DNA of 64,000 bases from Amoebophrya sp. A120 (lineage: Eukaryota > Protista > Dinoflagellata), in contig CAJINV010000001.1 in the NCBI GenBank assembly GCA_905178155.1, positions 2,594,089-2,658,088 of the forward strand, given 5' to 3'. Below the pieces are notes generated by a model. It was not told the DNA's origin. It saw only the letters and a program-made list of their open reading frames with translations, and did no database searches. Positions 1 through 11,131 of the stretch are shown here, piece after piece (the first letter of the stretch is position 1; each line of letters begins with the position of its first letter). Position numbers and translations under genes: made by a program.

Positions 1-674
1 CTCCCGTGCGGCCCCAAGGCGCGAACCAGCTTCGCCGCCGCTGGCCCCCCGCCTCCCGCGGTGGAGCCCCCCCCCCCCCCCCTCGTGACCCTGCTGATCC
101 GCGGCCGAAGGTGCCGCCGTGCCTCGCACGGGGGGGGGTGCGACTTTGCGCGCGCCGCGGCAGATACCGCACCACGAACAGGAAAGGCTTCTGCTATGAA
201 TTAGCATGCGACCGTGGTGGCGGAGCTTGGATTTTGGCAGCGCTCTAGTTTGGCCGCAGGTCGCCACTCCGCTGCACCGTGTGTCATGGCGTGTTCTTCG
301 CTATAGTCGACTTTTTGAAATCTCCCTCCTTGTGCACGCCTTTGTGCATTTCTTGTCTGGTGGATCTCTTTGCTTCTTTTTCCTTTCGATGTGAGTTTTT
401 TTGTTATCTTTCGTCCGAACATTCGGGCACAAAGATCACGAATCGGCAAAGAGCCCGCGTCACAAAAGATCTGTTCCACGTTTTTTTATTGGCATAGTGG
501 ATTCATAAGTCCTCGCTTTGAATAAACGGATCTACCGCGCTCAACAGCCCGCACTACACAGTTCCTATCGAAACAGTCCGAATCCTTAAACTTTTTCTGG
601 CTTCCCCGCAGAAAGCCTATCATCACGCACTGAAACTCCAAAGTGTGCTGTTTGTGAGTGCAAATTGATTCGAT

Positions 675-1514
675 ATGGTGTTTTCTTCTCGGACCCTGAT
701 GGCAGTGGCTGCCGCCGCGACCGCAATTGCTGCCGATTCGGTGTGGCCCTCGTGCATCGAACAAAATACCGTGATACGCAACGCCGGAAAGGCGTTCTTC
801 ACCAACGTAGCGGGGTACGGAGCGGCGGCCGGGTAAGTTTTACGTACTTTCATTGTCGTAGGCTTTGGCACCGGGCCCGACTGCGACATTCACGGAGACG
901 AATGTATGTTTCTTCGGTGCAACTCGTACTGCCGGAGGAGCCTGCGAAGATCAGTGCGCATCAAATTTTTGATTCCCAATAGAAATGATCACCACAGCTG
1001 CTTTCTCGACGACTGCAAGAACACGGACAAGTTTGCGGTGTCCTCCATTGAGTCGTGCCTCAGCGTCTGCAATTCCGAGCCCGAATGCGCGTGGTGGGTG
1101 TTTGGGACCGAGGAAGGTTTTTTTCGATTCGGTTTCTTAAAAAAAAAATCTATTTCAACAACACCCGCCACACTTTTTTTCTTGCATGTCAATGATCAAA
1201 GTTCGCTATTCTTTTTTTTTCCGCCGCACTCCGAAGGAAGATGAATATCAGCTCGCGCCGCTACAGGTATGACGAAGTGCTGGATGCGTGTCGCGGATGA
1301 CGGTCGGGAGGCCGGCGACGGGTGGTCCAGTGGCGCCACAACCTGCGCGCCGCCGGATGTGCAGAAGCTCACGATGGGGAACACGGAGTGCTGGATCGAT
1401 GGGTTCGACTACCACACGTGCTGCGACCCCAAGTTCGGGCCCAACGGCAACACGCAGTGCTGGGACGGCATGTTCAACTACAACCGGTGCTGCTTTCCGA
1501 GGCACGAATTGTAG
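675..1514 (+). CDS. Secreted Cys-rich protein: PAN/apple-like domain plus twin CW-x6/7-CC repeat, C-terminal RHEL (3 exons)
   Basis: ATG 675 with a hydrophobic signal (MVFSSRTLMAVAAAATAIAA). GT-AG introns 833-997 and 1117-1266 join in frame. The Cys spacing C..C....C..WVF...KCW resembles PAN/apple. Confidence 0.7.
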
Positions 1515-2119
1515 GGCGACAGCAATATGATTATAGCAGGGGAGATATCATGAGTGGACAAAAACCGTGATTTATTCAGTTGTACACTAATTGAATAATT
1601 CGAAAGATGCCCAGAGCACGCTCGTGTGAACCACTGCAAGAAATGCGGCAACTGCGAATATAATCGTTGAGCTGTTCTTCATTCGCACTATCATTCTCTT
1701 GCCTGCTCGTCCCGTGCAACTACAGCAATTGGTAGCTACTCCTGCATCAAATTAACGCGAGTCGCGAGAACACGCCGCAGTGTCTTTTGTTTGAGCGAAA
1801 ATGAACGGTCGGTTTCGTTGCGTGTGAAACTGAAAGAAGGGGAATAGAAGAAAACATTTCTGTTTGTTACGACTATTCGTTTGATCCATGTTGTGTTAGA
1901 AGTTCTCTGGGCTCTTCAACGACTTTATTTAACTCTGCAAACATAACACATGACTCGCATGCACATCAAAAAAAAACGATTTTCTTCATCAAACCTACTC
2001 TAGATTTTTTTCTTTGCAACGGGAGAGAGGGGTCGTGAGACCTGTTGGGACCACTAGCACTTCAGAACACAACCGCGCGTGACATACTATCTATCAACTG
2101 CACAACAAAACTCATCAAA

Positions 2120-5100
2120 ATGGTTCTCTGCTGCGGAAGACCAAAGGTTGACATCCCGGCCGTCACCAAGCCAATCGAAAGGGAGGCAACGAAACCCGAG
2201 CTCGTCAAGCCAACGGAGAAGGTGAGCCAAGTCAATGTCCCGGCGTCTCCGCTCCCCGTGGACACCACTTTTGAGAAGAGCGTGGATAAGGATGTCGTTC
2301 AGGAAGTGACCAACTTTTCCGCACCGGTGAAGGACGAGAAGAGTGGTATTGGTTTGTTCCACTGATGTAGTACTATTTTGAGTTTCACGAACTATTATCT
2401 TCTCGCCAACTTATGCCAACTTGAAACTTTTCCCGCATCTGCATGCCAAAACTCATGTTCTCCGGGAAGAGTCTGGTCATGATTTGAAAAAAAGATCGAA
2501 AAGATACGCAAGCGGAGCCGGAGGAGGAAGAGGAGAACAAAATCCTGGACGTGAACGAGCCGGTCGAAGTGCCCGCTGTGGAGGAGCCAGTGGTCGAGCT
2601 CAAGGAGCCCACGCCAATCGTCGAGGTCGCGGCCGAGGAACTGATCGTCGAGGAGAAAAACGTGATTGAGACGCCGAAGGAAGAGGAGCCGGTGCTGACC
2701 TTCGAGTATCCTGTGCAAATTTAATATCGTACTAACTATGTTTTAAAAATTGCAACTAGTATCCTGCATGAAAGGGATCTTGTCTAAGAAGCTACAGCAG
2801 CGTCACAAAATTTCTTTTGTCAGCAAATTTTTGTAAGAATGCAGTTTATGTATAGTACTAGTGCGATATGCTTTTGCGCTGCATATCGAGGAAAAGCGGG
2901 CGATTTTTGACAAGAAGGAAGAGGAAATCGTCGTGGTCGAGGAAGAAAAAATCATCGAAGTCGCGGACGTACCCTGTGTAAAAGTTGTATCGTGCTCGTA
3001 CCAAAAATCGCAATACTGCATGACAGATGTAAACTTTCTATCTGATTCGGCATGACAAATTCTACTTTTCTGATTCTGTACCAAGAATTTGTGATGCAGT
3101 ATTACGATCACCACCAGCACGGCACAACTCTTGCGATGCATAGGACGTGGAGCCGATCGTGAGCGCGGCGTCACCTGCTTCTCCGGTCGTGCCGCACCTC
3201 TTCGCTGGGATCACCGGCTTGAACTTCAGCGGTTTGTACCACCTGAATACGGGAATCCAGACGCCCCGGATGGCCGTCAGCGTCCCCCAGATCGAGCTGG
3301 ATATGCATTGCAAATATGTCTGGGTCTGGAACAGTGCAACTTGTGATGCTGCATTTGGACGCTAAAAAAAATCTGTATTGCATGAGCAGCAACAGCAGTC
3401 AAATTTGGTTACACGGGTAGGGCTTTTTCATGCGAAATGCGCATCGATAAGCGCTCACGAAATTATCTGTGATGCTAGGGCATACATAACAGACATCGTG
3501 GACCATGGAAAATGTGCATGATAAACTTGTCCTCTTCCAGACCCAGACATATTTGCATTTGATACTGGACACCGGGGCACCAAAGGTGAGCGCTTCCTTC
3601 ACGCCCCTGCGAATGCCCAACTTGCAGATCAGCGGACTTGGTATAGACATACGTACTACGAAATTGATGTTTCTTGTTGTGGAGAAGTTTTTGGTCCGGC
3701 ATGTTAGTTTTACTGAGGACAAAAAACTTGCGAGAAAAATGTTGCGGCGTATTTTGAGCTCGATGTTGGTGCTGTGCTGCGCACGCGGGGGCGTTTGATG
3801 ATGACTGACGAAAAAAATGAAACAGGCGTCTTTGCGGCTCCGAAGAACTACTTCGGTGAACATGGTAAGCGTTTAGAAATGCTTCAGTGCATCGTGTAAT
3901 TTGTAAGCAGCAGGTCTTTATTAATCCGGCGCATGAAGCTTGTAGAGGAGTATGAGTATCATCATTATCATCTTGCTAGCATGGGGTAAGTAGTTCTGAC
4001 CAGCAAGCTGAAGGACCCCACTCTAAACTTTGCCTCTCAACAATAGCCGTGATGCGCACTCCGTCCGTGTCCCTGACCCCGATCGCGTCTCTGGCGGCCG
4101 CGACCCCGGTGGCTATGCATTGCAAACATGTCTGGGTCTGGAAAATTGTGATGCTAATACATGCATCAAAAACTGATTCCAGTACGCAGCTACGCATGAG
4201 AAGTTTCTGAGCGGTTAAGTCATGCGTGTCCCGCATGAGAAATTGCGTTCTTGCATGACAGAGGGTTGCCGCTATTGCACAACATGCATCACAGAGTTCA
4301 GGGGTATGCGAGTTCAGCAATACAAATCTCGCAATCTTCCAGACCCAGACATATTTGCATTTGATAGTGGTGCAGGTGCTGCAAAAGGTGGAGGCCCAGG
4401 TGGTCCGGGCCCCGGAGTCCAACCGCAATTCGCCCGTCGACGCGCCGTATCAAATGCAAAAATGTCTGGGTCTGGAAGGATGCAAGGTTTGTCATGCACA
4501 TTTTGCATGACTCCTGATGTCTGCGATGCATGCCCTAGCATCACAGATCTTATGAGGGCTTTCCGATGCCCCTTCCGCATGAGAAATGCCCTCTCGCCGG
4601 GGCCAAAACCAGACCTCTTTTGCTGTTCATGCAATACAGATTTTTGGATAATGCAGACGCAGCATCACAAGTTGCATTCTTCCAGACCCAGACACTTTTA
4701 CATTTGATACGCCGGCAGGTAATGAGATCACCGTGGAGGCCGCCGAGGTCGCTCCGCTCGAAGAAGAAGAACCGGTTGCCGCGGAGGCGGAGGCGGAAGT
4801 CGATGCCGAAGAGGAAGCCGATGTCGAGGCGACCCCCACCCTGGAGATCGTCGAGGGCGAAGCCACCCCGATGCCTATTATCAAGTGTAAAATTGTCTGG
4901 GTCTGGAAAAGTGTAAACTTGTCATGCAGATTTTCCATGACCCATGAGGTCTGGAATGCGGGACTTAGCATGACAGACTCTGCGAGGTCTCTGCCATGCC
5001 AGTCCTGCATGAGAAACTCCCTTCCGTCTTGGTCAAAAGTGGACAGCTTTTGGCACTCATGCAACACAGATTTTAGCATGATTCGGATTTAGCATGACAA

Positions 5101-5673
5101 GTTGCAATCTCCCAGACCCAGACATATTTGCAATGCATACCTATCGAATTTTCTTGAAAGGACTTGTTCTAGTCCGCCCAAACGCAGTTTGATGTGCGCA
5201 GTTTTTTGTTCCTGCATATTCATAAAGAATGTTGCGCATGATGAGTACTACTTAGAAGTGGCCTCCTTCGTTTAACTAAACTGCATCAAAATTTATTATG
5301 TGTTCGGGAAGAACGACTGCTGCCCTTTTTCTGGTGCATAAGTGCCATCGAAGAGTTTGTGGAGGATGAGGTCAGCGAGCCCGCTGCCGTGGAGGCGGAA
5401 ACCGTCAAGGAAGAGTTATCAAATGCAAAAATGTCTGGGTCTGGAACAAAGCAACTGGTCATGCTAAATCTGAATCATGTAAAAATCTGTGTTGCATGAT
5501 TGCCAAAAGCTGTCCACCGCGAGGCAGTTTCTCATGCAGGATAGGCATGATAGAACCTTCACAGAATCTGTCATGCTATGTCCTACATACCAGACCTCGT
5601 CGATCATGGAAAACCTGCGTGACAAGTCTGGCACTCTTCCAGACCCACACATTTTTGCAGTTGATAAGAGTAA
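2120..5673 (+). CDS. Acidic E/V/P-rich protein with N-terminal MVLCCG; possibly alveolin/IMC-like
   Basis: Exons join in frame after removing 7 introners, two GT-AG introns (~2346-2512, 3641-4046) and one direct-repeat-flanked segment (5149-5352). Motifs EEIVVVEEEKIIEV and VEVPAVEEPVVE. The product call is inference. Confidence 0.6.
2707..2885. mobile_element. Introner, family E (short; ATCGTACT subterminal)
   Basis: TAT...ATA ends; TSD tcgag/tcgag; excision gives LTFE|EKRA. Confidence 0.85.
2970..3142. mobile_element. Introner, family E
   Basis: TAC...ATA ends; TSD ggacg/ggacg; excision gives EVAD|VEPI. Confidence 0.8.
3302..3564. mobile_element. Introner, family A (TIR TATCAAATGCAAAAATGTCTGGGTCTGGAA-like)
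   Basis: ~30-bp TIR; TSD ctgga/ctgga; excision gives IELD|TGAP. Confidence 0.92.
4114..4366. mobile_element. Introner, family A
   Basis: TIR; TSD gtggc/gtggt; frame restored. Confidence 0.9.
4448..4709. mobile_element. Introner, family A (inverted relative to 13981 copy)
   Basis: TIR; TSD cgccg/cgccg; DAP|AGN. Confidence 0.92.
4879..5139. mobile_element. Introner, family A
   Basis: TIR; TSD cctat/cctat. Confidence 0.9.
5417..5666. mobile_element. Introner, family A, at the stop codon (inverted relative to 4879 copy)
   Basis: TIR; TSD agagt/agagt; excision gives GAA GAG T|AA. Confidence 0.9.
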
Positions 5674-6419
5674 AACAGTACCAAGAAAGGAACATGAAGA
5701 TTTATTTCTGTGCAAGCAAATATAAGCAAAAAACCATGGAAAAAATGTTTTCCTCGATCTGCAGTGATGCTGCTGGCTTGACAGAAAAAAAATGACGCAG
5801 TGTAGTAAACAAGAAAACACGTGAGAAAATTGTAAATTTCAGACAAGATGATGAGCACAGTTTCCTTTTTCTCTTCTTCCAATAGTAATCTTCAGCTTTT
5901 TTGAAAAGTATGAAAACAGGCGGCAATAATTATCCTTCCCTTCTAAATTAGCTTTTCTTTGAGCGGGTGTAGAACAAGTTGCAGCGCTCTCTTGCGCTTT
6001 TTGCGCACGAGCTGCGAGGACATCTTGTTTTAAGGACAGCAGGACTTTCAACGGCCGAATTTTTTGAAAATAAATCTTCCAAAAGATCATGACAATACAG
6101 GGTTGTTGAATGGTCTCAGGAGGCGACTCTAAGAACTCTCCGATAGTCAGCACCACAGCTAGAATATTTTATCGAAAATTGAATGACCACGTACACTGAC
6201 GCCGATTTTCGAATCAAAACGCCCATGAGATAACGAACTTCGTCACAACTATCGCCGAGTTGCAATCTAGATGAAAATGCCTGTTTTAATAACACCAGAA
6301 TCTCAATCTTTAGACTATATTTGTTTATTGTTTATCAGACTTTTAACATCATGTTAAAATTTCGCTGTTTACTATTTTACCATTACAACTTTGTAGTTTA
6401 TCTTTGCACAGCTAACGAA

Positions 6420-7524
6420 GGGCGGGGGGGTGCAAGCTACTAGTAGGAATGCTACTAGTGGAAAGCTGCTAGTAGAAAAACGGCGACTAGTAGAAATCCT
6501 GCTAGTGTTTTTAGCGTTACAAAAAAGCGCGACCGGTACTAGTGACAGGCGCCACTAGTGAAGGCGCCCACTAGTGGAGCAACTAGTGACAAAAAGCCCG
6601 GCTTTGGGGAAAGCGGAAACACTAGTGAGAAAACCCGCCAACGCAGCCGGACCAAGAAACCCCGAAGGAAATACAATAGACCAGCAAAAGCCCGCCCGGG
6701 CCGCCTGTCAAGGAGCCTCGGTCAGGGGGCTTGGGGCTGCGGCCTCCCCTTGCCGAGCCCTCTTAGATTCCTGGCTGGCGGCTGCCGATTGGCTGCCCCG
6801 GGCCGAAGTCGTGCTGCATTCTGGCGCCCCTTGCCATTTGCCCCTTAATGCGAGGGGTTTGGCGGCAGTTTGAGCTTTTCCCTGCCGCCTGTGGCTCTCC
6901 AGGCCGGGCTTCGTCGCATGCCGACGGGGCTTTTCGGCCTCGCCGGGGCTGCCTGATTTTGCATGCCCCGCGCCCTTTGGGCCGCCGGGCGCGTTTCCGG
7001 TTTCTTTACGGCTCGCCCCCTCGGCCTATTTGGGCGCCCCCCCTTTCGATTCCAGGGCTTTTTGCCTCTTCCCCGGGCGCGGGCTTTGGCCTGCTTACTT
7101 TTTTTGGGGTTGTCTGGTTTCTCACGAGAACCACCCGCAGCGCCCGCCCTGCCTTCCCGCTGCCGCCCTGCCTGCTTTGCTTTGTCTTTCTCTTTGCTTG
7201 GCGCTAGCCGTGTTTCCTGTTTTTCGGACGTCGGCGCGCTCTTTTCGTTCTCTCCCCTGGGATTGGCGGCTCGGACAGGGGCTGCGCTGTGCGCTCCCTA
7301 CCGCCCCTTGTGCCTCGCGGCCTTCTCTCTACCTACATTTCTTTCGTTCCCGCCGACCGAGGGAGGTACGCCAGGGGCGCTGCTGTTTCTTTTTTTCGCC
7401 TGTCGTGCCAGCATGGCTTGAGGCTGTAGCGCTAGGCGCTACCCGGTAGGAACTTTCTCCCTCGCTCCCCCTTGCACCCCCTCGTCGCCGGGCCGGCGGG
7501 CGCGGAGCGCACGCCCGTTCTAGA
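6420..7524. mobile_element. Putative 1.1-kb insertion with 47-bp target duplication
   Basis: Abrupt switch to GC-rich, largely A-poor DNA, flanked by identical 47-bp direct repeats; no recognisable protein. Confidence 0.5.
6436..6630. repeat. Cluster of about 10 (A/G)CTAGT palindrome-core units
   Basis: gctactagtagg, gctactagtgg, gctgctagtag, gactagtag, cctgctagtg, gtactagtg, ccactagtg x2, caactagtg, acactagtg. Confidence 0.8.
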
Positions 7525-7580
7525 TATTTTACCATTACAACTTTGTAGTTTATCTTTGCACAGCTAACGAAATTTGCATT

Positions 7581-8584
7581 CTCGCCTGGCTTTGGGAACA
7601 GGGGTCGTTTGGCACTGGCGGTAACCAATCCGTTACCCTTGCGAACTTGTTCCCTGGCTGGGGCTGGTGGTTAGGGGTTTCCTTCGTTCGTCCTCTGTTC
7701 CCATCGCGGGGCGGGGCCGAGGTTTCGTCTCATGGTTGCTTGACCATACTAACGCTTTTCTTTCGCGTGTGCGCTGCGGTTGCGGAAAGGCCCAAGTTGG
7801 CCGGGGTTGAGTAGGAAGCACTACTAGTGGAGGAACCGCCCTTGCGGGGTCGCTGGTCGTGCTGCCACTAGGGGCATTACGCACATCTTCGCGTAGACGT
7901 GCGCGGAGGTCTCGCGCTTGATCGGGCCTAGTGACTGAGAGGCCCGCTGATGGATCCGGTTTCCTGTTTTCTCGTGGCAAGAGTAGGACTTTGGTTGCCA
8001 GTCCGCTGCTTTGGTGGCTCGCTTGCTTCTAAGTTTTGGACTCGCCCTACCGGGGGATTTGGGGTTTTCTAGCACGTTTAGCTTGTTTTGATTTGGATTG
8101 ATAGTAGCACTTCCCAGTCGATAGGACTTCCTTCTTTGCTTTCCATCCGAGAGGAATTTTTGCTGCCTCACGAGCGGACGGGTCTTGACTGTACTTTGGG
8201 GGAGGAGTACAAAGCTGGTCAGTCTTCCTGCAGCGGCGGTCTGCTCTGTGGAATTGCTTTAGACTTTGCAGTGCCTGAGGCGGCTAGGTTTCGTTCGCTG
8301 GCTTTTTCCAGTTATTTTTCCCAGCCAGGCCGAGGCTGGGGGTACGGTCGAACGGCGGAGCTATTCTATTTGGTAAGCCGAGCGGTATTCTTTTTGCGTG
8401 TCCGGGGGACTGCTTTTTGGAAGGTTTTGCTCACTTGTCTCGTCCAGGGCGTACCGGATCGTTTTCCCTCCCTCCCACCCAAGTGGCCGCTCACGTCGTG
8501 CCGGTTCGTCCGGACAGACGTGTTGGTGGTGGAGTGGGCCGTTCCCCGCTACGGAAGCTAGGCACGGCCTGCTTGACCCAGCCC
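7581..8584. mobile_element. Putative older 1.0-kb insertion with ~80-bp target duplication
   Basis: GC-rich, A-poor segment between the repeat tail (7580) and the full repeat copy at 8585; also contains ctactagtgg. Confidence 0.45.
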
Positions 8585-9377
8585 CATGTTGAAATTTCGC
8601 TGTTTATTACTATTTCACCATTAACAACTTTGTAGTTTATCTTTGCACAGCTAACGAAATTTGCATTGGAATGCCCCGCATCTTAGGAATACAATCAGAA
8701 TTAAAACTGGTGACCTTTATTGTCATTGAAGGATGACAGCATTTTTATACTCAAATGTTGCCATCGTTATTTACATAGAGAACTACTACCATCCCTACCA
8801 TGAACAATTTCGTACTAGATTATCTCCTCAAAAGGACTCAGAACTAATCTGCCGTACACTAAAAAATTTGAGTTTTTCGTCTTTTGCTGGTGGATTGAGC
8901 ACCGGCCGGCTCGTTGTGCTCTGCGCGTTCTGGTTCGATATTTTCTGTTTGCGATCGAGCAAGTTTTCGGTTTTGCATGAATTTTCTGACTCCGACCCGC
9001 TTCGCTCGTCACGCTGACGTTTTACAATTTTTCGGAAGCAATAACTTTTCTGAATTCGTTGTCTCGCAAGTACTAGCGTTTTCTTTCGGGTACGGGTGGG
9101 GTAGCAAATAAATGAAAATGTCGGTGAAGTGCAGCAGGTCGTTCCAAAATTTCTCAATGGCGCAAAGCAGTCCTTTTTCAAATCTCCATTCGTAGCGTCG
9201 TCGTCGTAGGTATTCTGGTCTGGGGCCCTGCGCCACTGAAAAAATACGTGTCATCCGACTCTTCAATTTTCGTAACAGGAACCGAGGATTGGCGTTTTTT
9301 TTTTGTTTATCGGGGAGCAGGTTTGTATTTGTTCATAAAGGTAGTTTTTTTATCGGATTTTTTGCAAGCAAAACAAC

Positions 9378-10450
9378 ATGGCGCGCGTGGGTGTGGCAAA
9401 CTACCGACACCCGTCGGAGCACCGAAGTGTGATGATGTGGGACGGTTTTTTTCGCGAGGGCGTGGGGCGTGAGCAGGGTGATCACCCGTATCACTCCTGG
9501 AATATCAACCGAGTGCCGAAGCCAACGTACGTGGGAGTCAGAACAACCAGCAATGTACAGTTCATTTTTTCGCTTGGTGCAAAAGCGTTTTATTTGCCTC
9601 CTCGCGGGGACAAATGATATATGATTTTGATGATGCTACTTCTTTGAGGCGTTCCACTTTTCGAGGGAAAACTCAACCTAAAGATCGGAAAGGAAATTTT
9701 TATCAAAAAACTCCAGGATGCGCAACTCTCCTGCTGGAGTTACAAGAAGAAGGGCATTGATCCACCATGGGCGGGCAGGTCCGCCTTCCACAGTCCTAGG
9801 TTCCACGGACACAATGGGATGCCAGTCACAATGCTGAGCCTGCAGTTGGCCAAGTATAAATTCTTTTCTTGCCCGTCTCATGGTTTTGACAGATGTAGCT
9901 GTTCTGTAGTAATTTTTTGCAACTTCGCCCATGACAACAAGGAGCAACAGACATAAGAACACTATCCAGTATGCATGCTGAAGCCGCTATTTCTATACCA
10001 TCCAAATCCAGGTCCCGCTCAACTCCAGACATGTTGGCGCACGACGGGAGGGCGATGCACGATGCGTATCCAATCAACACGGCCAGATCAACCGCGAGTC
10101 AGCTCTCCACCGCACGATCCACCGCGCGAGGCACCAAGCCATATCCTGTGTAAAAACGTCCCCACCCCATAGTCAAGATGGGGAATCGACTAGACAAATC
10201 CGCAAGCTTTGGCTGTTTTGCATGACAAATTTGGACTCGTAGCGTAGTGCTGTTTGAGCTAGCTCAGCAGCATCACAGATCTAGTACATCATGCTGATTG
10301 GAGCATTACAAATTCCAAGACACGATTAGAAAATGCGTCTCGTGGGGGTCCGCATGAGGAACATTTTTAGCATGCAGATTTGCATGACAGCCATGGGGTG
10401 GGGACGTTTTTACTCAGGATAAGCCACCGAAGGTGGCCATCGCAAGGTGA
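9378..10450 (+). CDS. Small hypothetical protein (~161 aa, 4 exons)
   Basis: Exons 9378-9530, 9717-9853, 9970-10141, 10427-10450 join in frame via two GT-AG introns and one introner; total 486 nt ending in TGA. Confidence 0.6.
10142..10421. mobile_element. Introner, family B (TIR TATCCTGWGTAAAAACGTCCCCAC)
   Basis: TIR; TSD agcca/agcca; GTKP|PKVA. Confidence 0.92.
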
Positions 10451-11131
10451 AGTGGAGGAGAATTGTGCTCCTGACGGCAAAAATCCCTATTTTATACGTG
10501 CTTGTACGAAACAACGATGAAAATCTTTCCGACTTTTTTGCATTTGATAAACTTCACACGCAACGACCTTGTCATATCCAGAACTTATACAACCAAATTT
10601 CTGGTGCTTTTTTGGAGATGGGATGTTTGTTTCTTGATTCAAATACTACTGTTCTATATCCACTAAGCATGATTTGCCACCGCAGCAAACGATTGGTTCC
10701 AATTTGTCAATGTATCAACAGCAAAGAGAAGACGTGAAGGCTTGCGGGTTGTATGAATGTATCAGCAGCAAACTGTTGTTTTTGAACTGTACAATACTGT
10801 ATCCAAAATGCCGCCGGCATTCTCTTGGCCGGGATGAGAAAAATATGATTTTTTCCAGAAAAGTACCAGAGCGCGGGCGCGCATCCGCCATTCTCTCATG
10901 GCACCTTTTCGTCTGAAGCACGAGCCAGATGTTCAATCACCATCAATCCAGCATCACGAGAGCGATGAGCGAAAGTGCTGATCCGTGATGACTTACCAGT
11001 TTCCTGCCTGAAAAATATTTCCCTTGGTTTCGCATGTGATAAGGACGAGCAGGGTCCTAGAATTTTTCCAACCTCATCGGCTTAACCCTCGTTTTCCGCT
11101 TTTATTATAGTTTTTCGTACCAAAAATAATC

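Larger units (their letters stand above)
6350..8667. repeat. Three copies of an AT-rich hairpin-forming unit (6350-6419, 7525-7580, 8585-8667) bracketing two GC-rich inserts
   Basis: 6373-6419 equals 7525-7571 exactly (47 bp). The third copy is full length with a few differences. Confidence 0.9.

Noticed and set aside
1-200. C-run and G-run GC-rich segment, loosely like the start of insert I
   Set aside because: Truncated by the window edge, and the similarity is limited to a G-run plus tgc.
6558-8635. ORFs within the GC-rich inserts
   Set aside because: Overlapping low-complexity frames expected from A-poor composition, with no recognisable motifs.
9826-10460. Minus-strand ORF with an in-frame TGA suggesting stop-codon reassignment
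   Set aside because: A + strand four-exon gene explains the region, and other genes end normally at TAA, TAG or TGA.
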